From Caecitellus pseudoparvulus (lineage: Eukaryota; Protista; Bigyra: Bicosoecida): DNA of 64,000 nucleotides. Under the pieces are notes generated by a model. It did no database searches. It was given only the letters and a program-made list of their open reading frames with translations, and was not told the origin of the DNA. Where the stretch lies: positions 682,001 through 746,000 of the forward strand of contig CBFFRQ010000032.1 of NCBI GenBank assembly GCA_965644315.1, in the 5' to 3' direction. Positions 1-12,693 of this stretch are shown here, one piece after another. Every line of letters begins with the position of its first letter. Position 1 is the stretch's first letter. A program made the position numbers and the translations under genes.

Positions 1-5
1 CTGCC

Positions 6-819
6 ATGGCATCTACAACTCGCAACCCCTGGCTGCAAGATGAGTACGATTTCCTGTTCAAGTACGCTGCAGCGGGCTCGCACAACTTGCGACTGAGCAG
101 CTCCGCACACTGGCCTTCCCACCTACACTCACAGGGCCGTTGTCGTGGGGGAAAGTGGCGTGGGCAAGAGCTCCATTGTCAGTCGCTTCGCCCGCAATGA
201 GTACAACCCCAACTTTATCTCCACCATCGGCGTGGACTTCCGTGTCACGGGCACCAGCGTCGACGGCAAGTCCGTCAAGTACATGCTGTGGGACACGGCC
301 GGGCAGGAGCGCTTCGCGCCCATCGTCACAACATACTACAGGGGTTCCCACGCAGTCGTGCTGGTGTATGATCGCACCGATTTGAGCACACTGCAAGCAG
401 CCGCTGGGAAGTGGATGAAGCAGGTGCACGACCACGCGCGGGCAAACGCACCCGTGCTGCTGGTGGGGAACAAGGGCGACCTCGTACCACCCTCCGACTC
501 CACCAGCGACCCAGACAAGGCCACGGACAGCGGTCTGCCGACACCTAGTGAGGTGGATGCGCTGGTGGAGGAGGTGCTGCACACGTCCCCCTTCGCTGAC
601 CGCATCTTCGCCCACATCGTCACCTCGGCCAAGACGGGGGACAACGTCTCGCAGATCTTCGCAGAGCTGGCAAAGCACATGCTGGCCCAGGACTCCACGC
701 ACCTGGAAGCCGCCTCTGCCAAGGAGGAGGCTGAGGGCAAGGTGGACCTGCGCCAGAGCAGGTGGTCTGGCAGGCCTGTGCAGGCTGACGAAGAGCCCAC
801 TTGCTGCAAGCTGGGCTGA
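6..819 (+). CDS. Rab family small GTPase, Rab1-like, divergent; 2 exons (intron 62-134)
   Basis: Splicing GTACG...CACAG joins MASTTRNPWLQDEYDFLFK to AVVVGESGVGKS. Motifs FISTIGVDF, WDTAGQERF, YYRG, GNKGD and TSAK are present, and the C-terminal CCKLG is a prenylation motif. Confidence 0.9.
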
Positions 820-1128
820 GGCCCGGGTGCCCACCTACGTGCGCGTGTGCTTGCCCAAAGTATCGGCCTTGCAGTGCCCCGCTCCCCATCCCCACATGCC
901 GGCGCACCTTCGGCTGAGAGATAGTGTCTCCCGTGCGCATCGCTCCACTCTGGCCAGGGTGCCACGCCCGGCCTCACACAAGGTGAAAATCCACCACAAT
1001 GCAACTTGCGACCTTCCCCGTTGCGTCAGCGAAGCAGCTGCCCACCACTTTGCCTCGCCGTCTGCCGCTGGACCTGCGTCAGGGAGCTTGCGTGCAAGCA
1101 CTGCTCCACCCTCGCCAGCGCACAGAAC

Positions 1129-4100
1129 ATGGCAGCCAGCAGCCAGCAGCCAGAAGCTGCCGGCGACAGGCCCATGCCCCAGGCTCCGTGCTTTCTTGGG
1201 CCGCATCGCCTCTCGCCTCTGCATGTCGCCGTGTGGTCTGGGGATGCGGAGCTGGTGAAGGCTGTGTTGGACTCAGCTCCCATGGCTAAAGACGACCGAC
1301 TGCGAGACTTCGGGTCAGCCGCGCACCTGGCCCCAGCCATCGGGGCGACTGAAATTGTCAACGTGCTCATGGGTGCAGGGGCTTCCTTCTTGCAGCGCGA
1401 TGCGTGTGGGCAACGGAGCTTGGCCTACCTCCTGCCCCTGGCGTTTCATGACTTGAAGCTGTCCCAAGACGCCACTGACTACTTCAGCGGCCAGTCCAAT
1501 GATGCCATCCTAGCTCGGGGACCAGACTTAGCGGGTGCGTTTCGTCCATTTCACTGCCCTGCAAAGTGGGCCCGCAGCCGTGGTGTCTCTGGGCCACTGC
1601 CCTGGCCGAAACGCGAGTGTCTGAGCCGCAAACTCCGCACCTTGCCTGCATCTCAGCCGCTCTTGAGAAGATCCCCGACTTTGAGTGCAAGATCAAGTTC
1701 AGCTTTTCGTCGTGGATTCCTCTGGCAGGCATGATCCTCCCAACGGACACCCTCACGGTGAGAGCCTCGCGCAGCGACCTGCGGCGACTCTGCCCACGTC
1801 ACTGCACTGCTCCCTGCCCGCACAGCTTCGCAAGCGCGGCCGGAGCGTGCGCATGGACGCCTCCATCGTCGGCTTCAGCGCCATGCAGTGGCAGCGTGGG
1901 CGGGTGTCGTTCCTCTTCCGTGGTGACCCCAGCAACCCTGCCGGCACCCAGCTGCTGGCCCTGGACCACATCAAGCACACCAAGGCAGACTTGCTCTTCC
2001 GCGTCACTGCCTACCGCCAGTTCTGCCGCCTGCTCCAGCAACGCGAAGTTGAGCGTAAGTCGGACCCCTCCAAGCCAGCGCTGAGCGTGGAGGAGGGCGC
2101 TGCCGCCTTGGGCCTGGACGCTGACAGAACGTCGGTGCTTCAGTACGTGCACTCCCGGCACCAGATGTACCTGGAGGACAAGGTGGATGCCCTGCTGGGC
2201 AGTGCGCTGCCCCTCTTCGACTGGTGGTCCCGGGATGTGACGTTTTCCCGGGACGTGTCCTGGTGGAGCAAGGCGGAGGTGGCGGAGACCGTCGGCGACT
2301 TCCCCTGCGCAGTGTATTCCATGCAAGGCCTGCAGTTGCGCGTGGACTCGTCGCCGCCCATCTGGCCAGACCGCCGCGCCGTTCTGGAGGAGCGCCAGAA
2401 GGCGCGGGCCGAGCAGGAGGCTCGACCCCCCAGCGCAGGGGCGGAGCTGAAGCAAGCCATCGGTGGCTTGCGGTCCATCCTGGGCCTGGGAGGAGCAGCG
2501 GAAGCAGGCAGCCTGCCTGCACGGGCTGAAGCGCTGGCGCACCAACTGCAGGCGAGTGCGGGGGAGGAAGTCACGCATGAGACTTGGCGTCAGGCGGCGC
2601 TCAAGGCCGCCACTGATGTTGCTGGCAGCCTACAAGCATCAGCCGTGCCTGCTGATGAGGCACTGGTCCAGACCATCGCGTGCCCACCAAGCCCCGCCGA
2701 AGACACGGAGTCGGAGCCAGCGGAACCCACGTCAACTGTTGAGTTGGTGGCTGGTGGTGGTGCGGCAGCAGCTGCTGCCGTGCACGACCCGGCCCTGCTG
2801 CAGCTGCAGTTGGGCGTGCACAGGGCCTTGGCAGCCCAAGGCTGGGCGCCAGCAGGGGTGGCCCCTGTGGGGGACGCCGGCGAAGTCGTGGAGGTGACCT
2901 GGAACATGGAGGGTCAGGATGCGGTGTCAGCGGGTGACTTCTCAGTCATCGCTGTGCCACTCATCAGTGGCGCAGAGGCCACTTGGTCCGTCACGGTGCA
3001 GAAGCATGATGTGGGCGTGCACGCCGTCTTTGCGCCATCCACGACATCACTCATGTCAGTGCTGGGGGGCGGTGACGTGGGCGAGGTGCAAGTGGCTGTG
3101 GAGCGCCTGGCCGCGCCGCGCAACGTGGACTCCAGGGCCAAGGCCGGCGCCACAACTGCCTCCTTCACCGCCCCAGTGGGCGGCACGCTCGTCCTGTTGC
3201 TGGACAACACGTACGCCATGTGGCACACAAAGAAGGTGACTGTGCACATGCAAGTGACCCTCCCCACGCTGGCCGCACTGGTGGAGGCCCTGTCCGTCCC
3301 TGGCGGGCCGCTGGCTGACTTCGCCAGCTCCCTGCGGGGGGAAGCCGCCGCGGGGGCAGGCAGGGACCAGGCTGGCGCAGGCAAGGCCGAAGGCAAGGAG
3401 GTGGACGGTCCCTTCATGCTCCCGCCCGGCTGCAAGTGGGTGGAAGGGTCATTTGCGTCGGTGTTTGGCAAGCCCATCGCCGACGTCCTCGCCGCGCCAG
3501 CTGTGGGGCCAGTGCTTCCGCCCCCCTCCACCCTGCCGGGCAACGCAGACCAAGGCGAAGTGGGGGTGGCCGGGGAAGCATCCCTGGGCCAATCCACGCC
3601 CGCTCCCCGCGTGCCTGACCTGCCTGCCGAGTGGGAAGGCAAGACCATTGGTCAAGTACTTGCCCAGCTTGCGGGCAAGACGGAAGCCGAGGTGGCTGCC
3701 TCCCTGCCGTCACAGCGACCAATGGCGAAGCAGCGAGCACCCAAGCGGTACACAAAGAGCATCTCCGCCAAGGTGAAGATGAGTGACACCTTCCCGCTCC
3801 CCGTCACGTACTTGTTGCCTGTCCTGGAGGCCGTCTCGCGCACCAGCGCCCACATGGAGAACGCCAGTCGGTTCCTGCACACCAAGCTGCCGCCAGGCTT
3901 CCCTGTCGCATTTGACGTGCCAGTGGTGCCGGCTGTCTCTGCCCAGGTGCAGTTCTTGGCAGCCGCTGTGGGGGAGCAAGACCCAGCCCTCTTCGAAGTG
4001 CCAGACGCGTACAAGGACTGCACGCACGAGCTGCCTGGCGGCAAGTACATGCGCAATTTAGGGCGGGTGGCGGACGAAAAGGCCGCTGCGAAAGCAGCAG

Positions 4101-4132
4101 CCAAGGGCACGCCAGCCGCCGCCTCCCCTTGA
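1129..4132 (+). CDS. ANKRD13-family protein (ankyrin repeats + GPCR-chaperone domain) with an internal GOLD-like domain; introns 1535-1656 and 1758-1825
   Basis: Ankyrin motifs SPLHVAVWSGD and SAAHLAPAIG. The spliced product reads ALEKIPDFECKIKFSFSSWIPL...PTDTLT/LRKRGRSVRMDASIVGF...WQRG, and the C-terminus has FPLPV...LPPGFPVAFDVPV...LFEVPDAY, all typical of ANKRD13. Confidence 0.8.
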
Positions 4133-4140
4133 CAGGCTGC

Positions 4141-6896
4141 CTACCGCCTGCCTGAAAGATCAAGGGCAGCTGAAGTTGTCAGCAGCTGGAACAGCCGGGG
4201 GCCCTTTTTCAGCAGGTAGTTTTGCTGGTTGAGGACCTCAATGAAGTCTCCGAACGACCCGCTGCCAAAGCTCAGTCGCATGCCTTCAGCCACTTCCCGC
4301 AGCTCGTCCTTGGTGAACATGCTGCTGCCGTTGCGCGCAGCGACGCCGTTCAGCACAGACACAAAGCTCTTCACTTGCTTGGACATGGACATGCCTGCAC
4401 CTCCCGCAACACGTGTGAAATCCAGAGCCCCCAGCTCGTTCAGAGCAGCTTCGAAAAGGGCGTCTTTCATCAATGTCACGACGTCCTGCGCGTCCCGGGC
4501 GCACACCACCTCGCGCAGCTCACACCGCGCACGGGCTTGGGCCAGGCGGACAAGGCTCTCCAGCTGCCTCGTCGTGATGGGCACAGACTCATCCGTCCCA
4601 TGTTTCTGCCGCAGCGAAATGTAAAAGTCTTGCAGCACGCCAGCTGCGGCCTTGGACAGCACTGGCTGACAGTACCGCCGCGCGTACGCGATGTACTTGC
4701 GCAGCAGCTGCGGTGGGAGTGGATCGCGTTCCAGCAGCACGGCAGCTCGCAGACGCTCTGAGAGCGGTGCAGGTCCGTTCCATGCAGCAGCTGCCGCCGC
4801 CTCGGGGCCCACACGAGCGACACGCGAGGCAAGCTCCCTTCCACCTGGCGCGGCCGCCAAGTCTGCAAGCAAGCCTTCCATACCCGATGACTGCTCTGCT
4901 TGCTGCGCGGCGCCCAGCTCAGCGGCATCAGGGCCAGCATGCACTTTGGAGTGGTGCTGGGCATGCAGCGCCATGATGTGGGCCGACAGTGCGGAGTCAC
5001 GCTGAGTGTCGGGAGTGTCCAGCATGATGAAGATGACGTCGAAGCGGGAGAGCAAGGGAGCGGGCAAGCGCAGGTTCTCCTGAATGGTCTTGCCCCTGTC
5101 ATAGTGCCCGCCGCAGGGATTCGCAGCCGCCAGCACTGTCGCCCGGGCAGAGAGGGAGCAGACAACACCAGCCTTCGCGACGCTGATGCGCTGCTGCTCC
5201 ATGCTCTCCAGCAGGGACGCATGGTCGGCACCCAGCTTGTCGAACTCATCGATGCAGCACACGCCAGTGTCGGCGAGCACAAGCGCGCCAGCCTCCAAGC
5301 CGTACTCCCCCGACACTGGGTCTCTGCCAATGCTGACAGTCAGCCCACTGCTGCTCGTCGTGTTGCCACACACATACACGCCTCGTGGCGCAACTGCAGC
5401 GGCTGCTCGCAGCATCTGCGACTTGCCCAAGCCAGGGTCGCCCACCACCAGCACGTGGACGTCGCTGCGCACACTCAGCGGGCGAGCAGGCCTGTGGGCC
5501 GCTGTGCTGCCTTCGTCCCCCGCTTGGCCTGCGTGGCCGGGCGCCGCCTTGGAGTCTGACAGCAGCACCTTCAATGCTGACGCGGCGTCCACCATGCCCC
5601 CCGTGTCTCCCTCGCCCGACACTGCCTGGGCGGTCCCGCCGAACAGACCCAGCAGCAGCCCTAGCTTCACCATTTCGTGCCCGAAAATGGCTGGGCACAG
5701 CGACGCGACAAGGAGCGCGAGGACGTTTGGCGTGCTGGCGATCTTGGCCACTGCCCGGAGTTCTCGCTGCGAAAACGCAGCCTGTGAGCCTTCCCCACCG
5801 CCCACCGACGCTTTCTGTGTGGCAACGGATAGCACGTCTATGTACAGGAGGTACAGGTTCCTCGCACCTCGCGTGCCTCGCCCGGCAGCTACTTCTGTGT
5901 TGATGCTCTTGACCACCCCCGCGATGTTCACGATGTCACCTGGCACTGAGGTCATCACCAGGTCGCCAGCAAGCTCACACTCAATGCTGCGAGGGATGCG
6001 CCCAGGATCAGCAATGTCTACCTCCAGCTCCTGCACCTTCATGCGCTGCCAGTCGACCGCGTGAGCAGAGTGCGGGTCTGGATGGAAGAACTTGCTGCGG
6101 CAGCGTGTGTTGGTGCACTTGGTCGGAGGTGTGTATGTGCCGTCTGTGAAGTGCATCACCTGCTCCTCGTTGCAGCGGCTGCAAGAAAACACCATGCTCT
6201 GCACCAGGGGTCGCACAGCAGTGGTGCGCACGACGGTGCCTTGAATGGACACGAAGCTGCCGATGGCGCTGGATCGAATTTCCCGCAGTGGAGTCACAGG
6301 TGTGACATTCTGGATCCGCACAGTCATCTTGCTCGTTAAATGCGGCAGAATTCCTGCCCTCACCTGCAGCATGGGAGGGAGGGAGTGGTTGAACTTCGCA
6401 TGGACCTGCCAGCCGGCGGCCAGTCGGGACTCACGCAGCACAACGCCAGACCCAGCAAGCTAAGGTACTCGATTGGTTGTTCCCTGTGAGGTGCGCAGGT
6501 GAAGAGGGCATGGTTCCCTTAGGAAAGACGACGAAGTTCCAATTTTGAACTGCTCCTTGCCCCACTCGGCTTGACCAGCTGGAGACCCGTCTCAAACCAA
6601 GGCGGCTCCAAAGCTCAGCAATTTCCGCGCCCTCACCGGATGCAGTCTGCAAACTCCCACGAGTGTGGGACTTTCGAATTCAAGTCGTCGAAGTTGAAAA
6701 CCACGACGCTGTCCGACTCCCACTTGACCTTTGTCAGCAACGAGCTGCCCGTCTGCCGGAACCACGCAGCAAACAGCAAGGAGCAGTGCTCCCCGTCACT
6801 GCCGGGGATGTAGTCTGTCCGGAAGTACGACGGCCACATCCTCTCAATCACTGCAACATCGCGCGCTTCATGCTGCCGCATCCCCTGGCCTGACAT
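4141..6896 (-). CDS. MCM8: DNA helicase MCM8; introns about 6485-6636 and 6364-6434
   Basis: IPRSIECEL...PGD, Walker A HVLVVGDPGLGKSQML, LEAGALVLAD, Walker B CCIDEFDK, MEQQRISVAKAG, LLSRFD, ITTRQLESLVRL and C-terminal YLLKKGP. The 5' exons (WPSYF..., EQPIEYLSLLGLAL) splice in frame. Confidence 0.9.
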
Positions 6897-7187
6897 GGTG
6901 CAGCAATGTAGCAGTGCGAGTGCGTTCCAGCCGCATCGGCCGCTGGTGTATGCCGCTCGCGCCCAAGCATTGGGCAGCTTCCCAGCAACAAGCGCCCAGC
7001 TGGGGCAGGGAGAGGCAGCCAAATTTTGAGGACTAAAGACTACATTGCCTGTGCTGGGGTGCAACAGGCAACCCCCTCGTCCCTCCCCCCCCCCTCCCGC
7101 TGCCTGGGAGCCCGAAGCCTGATTGCGTAGAGCCGAGGACAATCTGCTGGGGCACACCTGACCTGGTGGCACGTAGGTCACTTCAAA
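6897..7187. promoter_or_regulatory. Probable bidirectional promoter for MCM8 and EXO1
   Basis: 291 bp between head-to-head start codons; no specific element identified. Confidence 0.45.
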
Positions 7188-9414
7188 ATGGGTATCACGG
7201 GCCTCCTACGCGCGTTGCAGCCAGCAATGACACCCATTGACGTGTCGGAGAAGTACCATGGCAAGGAAATCACGGCGGCCATCGGTAAGGACTTTCAAAC
7301 AAGAGCCGGCGCCGCGCAGAAGGAAACGTAGATGAAACGCCACACTCGTGCCCCTCCCAGATGGCAACTCGTGGGTCCACAAAGCATCATATGGATGCGC
7401 AAGGGAGGTGGTGAATCGCAAGCCAACGGACTTCTACGTTGTCTTTGTGCTGCGGCGCATCCTCATGTTGAAGCGTGCCGGAATCACGCCCATCGTCGTC
7501 TTCGATGGCGCAAAGCCCGTCCTGAAGCAAGAAGTGGAAAAGTCACGGGACCAGCGAGGCAAAGTGCATGCTGCGAGGGGCAGGGAACTGGACGCACAGG
7601 CTGGCGCACTGAAGGAAGGCTCGCCGGAGCACATGCGCCTCCGGCTCGCAGCAGACGAAGCATACCAGCGTGCAGTGCGGGTACGCCCAGGCATGGTGGC
7701 TGCCGTCATGTCTGTGCTGCAGCAGGCTGATGTGGAGTGCATGGTGGCGCCCTACGAGGCAGATGCGCAGCTGGCGTGGCTGGCCCTCGAGGGCAGGGCC
7801 CAGGCCATCATCACGGAGGACAGTGACCTGTCTGTCTTCCTCGTCGCAGCGCGGGCGAGCTGCGCCTTGTGGTTCAAGCTCACCAGTGAAGGCCATGCGT
7901 GGGAGCTGCCAGTGGACCAGGAGGGAACCCAGGCGTGGGCACGGCTGGCCCGTGCCAACGCGGCACAGCATGAAGACCTGCGTGCCGCTGCAGCAGGCCA
8001 ACCGGCGCCCGCGCCGCTCCCTGCGGCGGGGGCTGATGGGGCTGCTCCCCCCCGCCGTCGTCGGACCCTGGGCGCCCACTGGCTGCCCAAGGCCCCGAAG
8101 GGCAGTGGTGCGAACTTCCTGCATCTACTGCAGCGGTTCACACCGGGCATGTATGTGCACTTGGCGGTGCTGGCTGGGTGTGACTACGCTGCCTCATTGC
8201 CAGGGGTGGGCCTCATTACCGCAGCCAAGGCGCTGTTGAAGGTGCGCGCTGCCAAGCAGCTCCGACGGCTTCGGCTGGCGGTGCAGGAGCTGGGCAAGCG
8301 AGCAGCAAAGCAAGGAGGCATTCCGGACGACTACCTGCCACGTGCAGCGAAGGCCGCTGCTTGTTTCCTGCATCAAATTGTGTGGAACACGCAGACGGAA
8401 GCTGTGCAGCCCCTGCGTCCGGTGCCTGCGCCTCAGTTTGAGGTTCCTTCCTTGCACCACCGCGCCAGTGCACAAGCCTCCAGTCTTTCCCATGCAACGC
8501 CATGGAGTGCCGACTCGGTAAAATGCCCTGCACTTCCTGAGCCAGCACGTGCGAGTGGTGATGACGTGGAGGACGACATTGAAGATAGCCAAGAGCAGGC
8601 ACCCCCACTTCCTGCTACGCCAGTGTCGACATCGCCGACCAGGCAGAGCCAGCAACGAGCCCCAGCATCCCAATGGCTTGAGCACCCATCATGGGCTTTT
8701 CTGGGAACTGCACATGCCGAGCCATTGGCCAAGCGAGTGGCCCGCGGCGAGGTCAATCCTCGCACGCTGCTCACGGTCTCGCCAGCAAAGGTCGCACCAG
8801 TCCCAGGCGCTGCAAGATCAAGCCCAGAAAGGGAGGCAGCAACCCCTCAAAGTGCGCCCTTGTTTGCGATTGCGACGCTGGACTCTACACAGTCCAAGCA
8901 CACTCTGGCCGTGGCCAACTTAGTTGCGGCGCTGCGGACTCCCACTGAACGCGACAGCCCACACAGAGTGGGAAGCATGCTGACACCAGCATGGTCAATG
9001 CCCAAGCGAGTGCGCACACAGCAGGAAACAGAAGTTCCGAAAGCGATTGATGCGTCGCTGCCTTCTGCCCTCCTGGAAGAATTTGAGGAGCACCCTCCTT
9101 TCCGACCCGCATGCACCAGCGCCCGGGAGGCGTTCGGCTGTGCAGCAGCACCAACTCCACCCCGCGCAGCAAGAAGCAGGGAGGTGACTTCCCCTGCTCA
9201 GACCAACAAACCGAAAGCGGCGCCAGGCAGCGGTTCCGCAGCAGGCTGCGCACGAGTCATTGTGCTGGGTGACTCGTCTGACTCGGAGCATGCGTCCCCG
9301 CGGCGCCCCACAACCCAGCGTGGCAGGAAGCGTGCCCGATCTACCGAGCCAAAGGCACTCACACCACATGGGACTCGCAGCATCCGCTCATTCTTTTCCT
9401 CAGCCAAGAAATGA
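7188..9414 (+). CDS. EXO1: Exonuclease 1 (XPG/FEN1 family); intron 7285-7360
   Basis: N-terminal MGITGLLRAL...AAI/DGNSWVHKA, then PIVVFDG, VAPYEADAQLA, ITEDSDL and the H3TH motif LAGCDYAASLPGVGL, followed by a long disordered tail ending SIRSFF (PIP-box-like). Confidence 0.9.
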
Positions 9415-9421
9415 TGTGCAT

Positions 9422-11829
9422 TCAGGGGGCCGCGCCCTTTGAGGGCGGGCATGCTGCCTTGCCTGACGCAGCTGCCGCTCCTGCTCGCGCCGCTGCCGCC
9501 TCCGGGTGCACTCTGACATAGAAAAGGATGTACGCTTGTTGATTCAGCACAGTGCTCTCCGAAGACTTGCTGGTGCTAGAATCCGAAGCGTACGCCCAGC
9601 CGTCCGCCGTTCGCGTGTAAGCGACGTAGTGGCCTCCGCCAAGCCCCCCGCCATGCACAACAACGCCTGACAGCTCGTACAAGTAGGGCCCGGGGTCTGC
9701 AGACGCGTCCCCGTCACCGGGATTCCGTTTCGCGACAAACCGGCCCATTTTCAGGTGCCTGGGAAAGGCCACCGCAGCAGAATCCTTAACAAAGCGTCCT
9801 GTGCCTGTCTGCCGAAAGCGCTTGAGGTGCAGCGTCAGGACGAACGGCAACTCAGAAAAACACATGCGCTTCGCGGCATCGCGCCGGGCGCCATGTTCCC
9901 GCAAATCGGCTGCTTTGGACAGCAATGCACTAGCTTTGCTAGGCTCCATCTCCCGCGCCTCCGCTTCCAAAGCTGCGGCGGCAACCTCACCACAGTGCCC
10001 ACATCGGTACCCATTGCCTTGGGATGTCAAGAGCAGCTCAGGCTGCGTGAAGGCAGCCAGACACGCGTTCAAAGTCCCGGTTTGTGGGCCCTTCTTGCTG
10101 CCAGGGTAGTCTAGTGCCGGCACGCCAGGCCATCGCACTGGCGGCCGCCCACCGACTGCGTAGGCCGGTGGGAACTCCCACCCGTCGACAAGGACATGCC
10201 CAGTTGGCGTCATGTGCACTTTTTCAGACTCGGGAGCCTCAACTTGCGGCTTGTGGCTGTCTGTGTCAGCGTCGCGCGCCTGCTGCATGGTGGCTGTCGC
10301 CTTCGCGCCACTCTGCAGCGCTGCGGCGAGGGCTTCCTCAGCGACACGACCAGCCAGGTCTTGCGTCCGCTTGCTCCACACTTGCACAGCAACGGTGCAC
10401 CCGCGCATGGCTGCCTCAACAGCCGGGTCCGCGACGGCGCACACGGCGGCGTGAGTCTCCCCGTGCGGCGCGAATGCGTCCTTGGCCTTCCACTTGGCCT
10501 GCAGGTCTGCCCACGCCCCTTTCACAATAGACTGCAAGTCCGCCTTCATGTACATTCCCAGTGTGCGGCGCAGGGTGTCCTGCATGAGCTTGTACTTGTT
10601 CACAGTGTCTAATGGCGCAAAGCACATGAGCCACACTGCCAGTTGCTTCTTGTTCGCCTTCTGCAGCCACTGGGCCGTGACGGGTTCGACGTCCTCTTGA
10701 AGGGGGCCTTTGGTGGCCTTGGCCTTGGTCCTTGCCTGGGCAATGTCCAACGCTGCTGTGGGATCCTTGAGCAGCTTCGCCAAGCTGGCGCGCAAGTCTT
10801 CACATGCCGTGGTACTTTTGCTGCCCTTGGACTTGTGTGCTGGCAGGGCTGCCTGGGGCTTGCTGTGTGATGTAGATGCGCGTGAGGGCGCATGCCGGTG
10901 CGGCACTGCCCGCTTGTTTCCTCCCGCGCCGGCTGGGATGGGGAGGGAGGCGTCGAAAATGAGATCCTCCGTGACGCTGGATGCGAGGCAGGTGGAGCAG
11001 GTGACCAGGGACGCAAGGCGTCCTCCAAACACCTTGTGGATGTATGTCGCATGTTGGCCGGCATGGCTCCTTGACTGGGCTGACGTGGAAGGCTCGCGAT
11101 CGGCAGCTTGCTCAGCAGCAGCAGACCCGGCAGCTGGGCCTTCTTCGGGTGCCGCGGACTGCCTGAGACGCTTGATTTCCTCCTCCGAAATTGCATCTAG
11201 GAGGTATCGCAGTAGCTCCTGTGCATCTTGTTGGGCAAACCCTTTGAAGCGGGGTGCCTGCCGGGCGACCTCGCTAAACAACTTGCGTGGAGCTACTCTC
11301 CCTCCTGCACGCATGCGGTACAGGTTCTCTCTAAACTGCACCGACAAGCGGCCTTCCCCTGACACGTCTGTGCTGCTGACCATGTACGCCCATAGCAGCT
11401 CAAGCGACGACAGACACTGCAGAGTGCTGCGGAACGGGAGCGAGGGCAGCACTTGCGGAATTGGGCTGGACACGCCGCAGAGCTCTGCGCAGCGCACCTA
11501 TTGAAGAAGCAGGTGTTTCCCTGAAACAATGGAGAAGGAAGGTGTGGTGGGCAAGTCTGACACATAGCCACGCTTGGCCTCGCTGCACGCACAAGGTTGC
11601 TCAACCCTCCCACAGCGCTTCTGCTGGTCTGCAGCGCCAGGGGCAGGGCTTCAGGATGGCCCTTGCCACGGGTGATAGCGGCGAAATCCAAGCTGCTGGG
11701 CTCTGTAGGGATTGGTGCTGGCCCTTCCGAACCGTACACGCTCTGGGAGGGCCCCTTCTTCCCCTGGCCAGCTTTGGACCCGCCACGCTGGTGCGCTGCG
11801 GCCAGCCGCTTCCTGCTGCGCTTCCCCAT
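9422..11829 (-). CDS. Ubiquitin-specific protease (USP/C19 family, USP16/45-like catalytic domain); two 5' introns (11521-11592 and about 11427-11497)
   Basis: Spliced Cys box GLSNL/GNTCFFN/STLQCL, QQDAQELLRYLLD, FGG...VTCSTC, LTLHLKRF, His box HGGGLGGGHYVAY and AYILFYVR. Confidence 0.9.
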
Positions 11830-12693
11830 GGTGGACCCTGTCCAGCTATGGCCTCAAGAGATGCAGCGGGAGCTTGTGCTGGCCCATCTTGATACCCAAG
11901 GGAGTGAAGAGTCACCGGGCGTTTCGGTTTTGAGCTCGCTCTCCATGGTGCCGGAGGATTGAGCCGCCAGCTGCTCTGCCGCCTGACCACCTTGCCTTGC
12001 GCTGCTCCAAGACTCACTTTCCGGGTGGTTAATCCAAGCAAGTCCCAGCTCGCAACTCCCTTTCCCCCATCGTTGAGTCCCTGGTCCGCGAGCTGCGCGT
12101 GGGATGCGCAGCTCCAACTTGCGGCCTGTCAGCCCACCCTCAACAGGGTGGAGTTGCAGCAAGGATCTGAACATCCACAGCCCGCACCTGGAACACTGAG
12201 GCCTCCAATGTCTGGATATTGGGTGCCAAAGCAAGTTTCCTTCCTCCGTGGTGCTCGAGAAGCGTACTTTGCTTCGTCTCACACCGTTGCGCCACGTCAA
12301 ACACACGCTCCAGCACCCAACCCTTCGCCACAATGGCTTCGATGGCCGCGCTGATGACCTGAGAGTGTGGAGTTTGGGGGCCTGCTTGACTTGCCTGCCA
12401 GCTCCAGCGCCACGCTGACGCCAGTGACGCGGGGGGGCACCGATTTTGTGGACTTGCACGATGCCGCCTTTCTCAATTTCTCTCGGACGCATAACACGCC
12501 GCTTGCCGGCTGGACCGCAGCGCGTGGAGGCGCAGGCCATGCGTGTAGTTTCTCACTGTGCTCAGTTGACATTTGCAGCTCTCCCACCGCGCCCCACCCC
12601 AAGCCGTGGACGGCACTGTTTCCGCTGCCTCAACGGTGACGCAAGGTCGCTGAGCGAACAAGGGAAGTGGGGACAGCTGGCCACGCACCAGGC

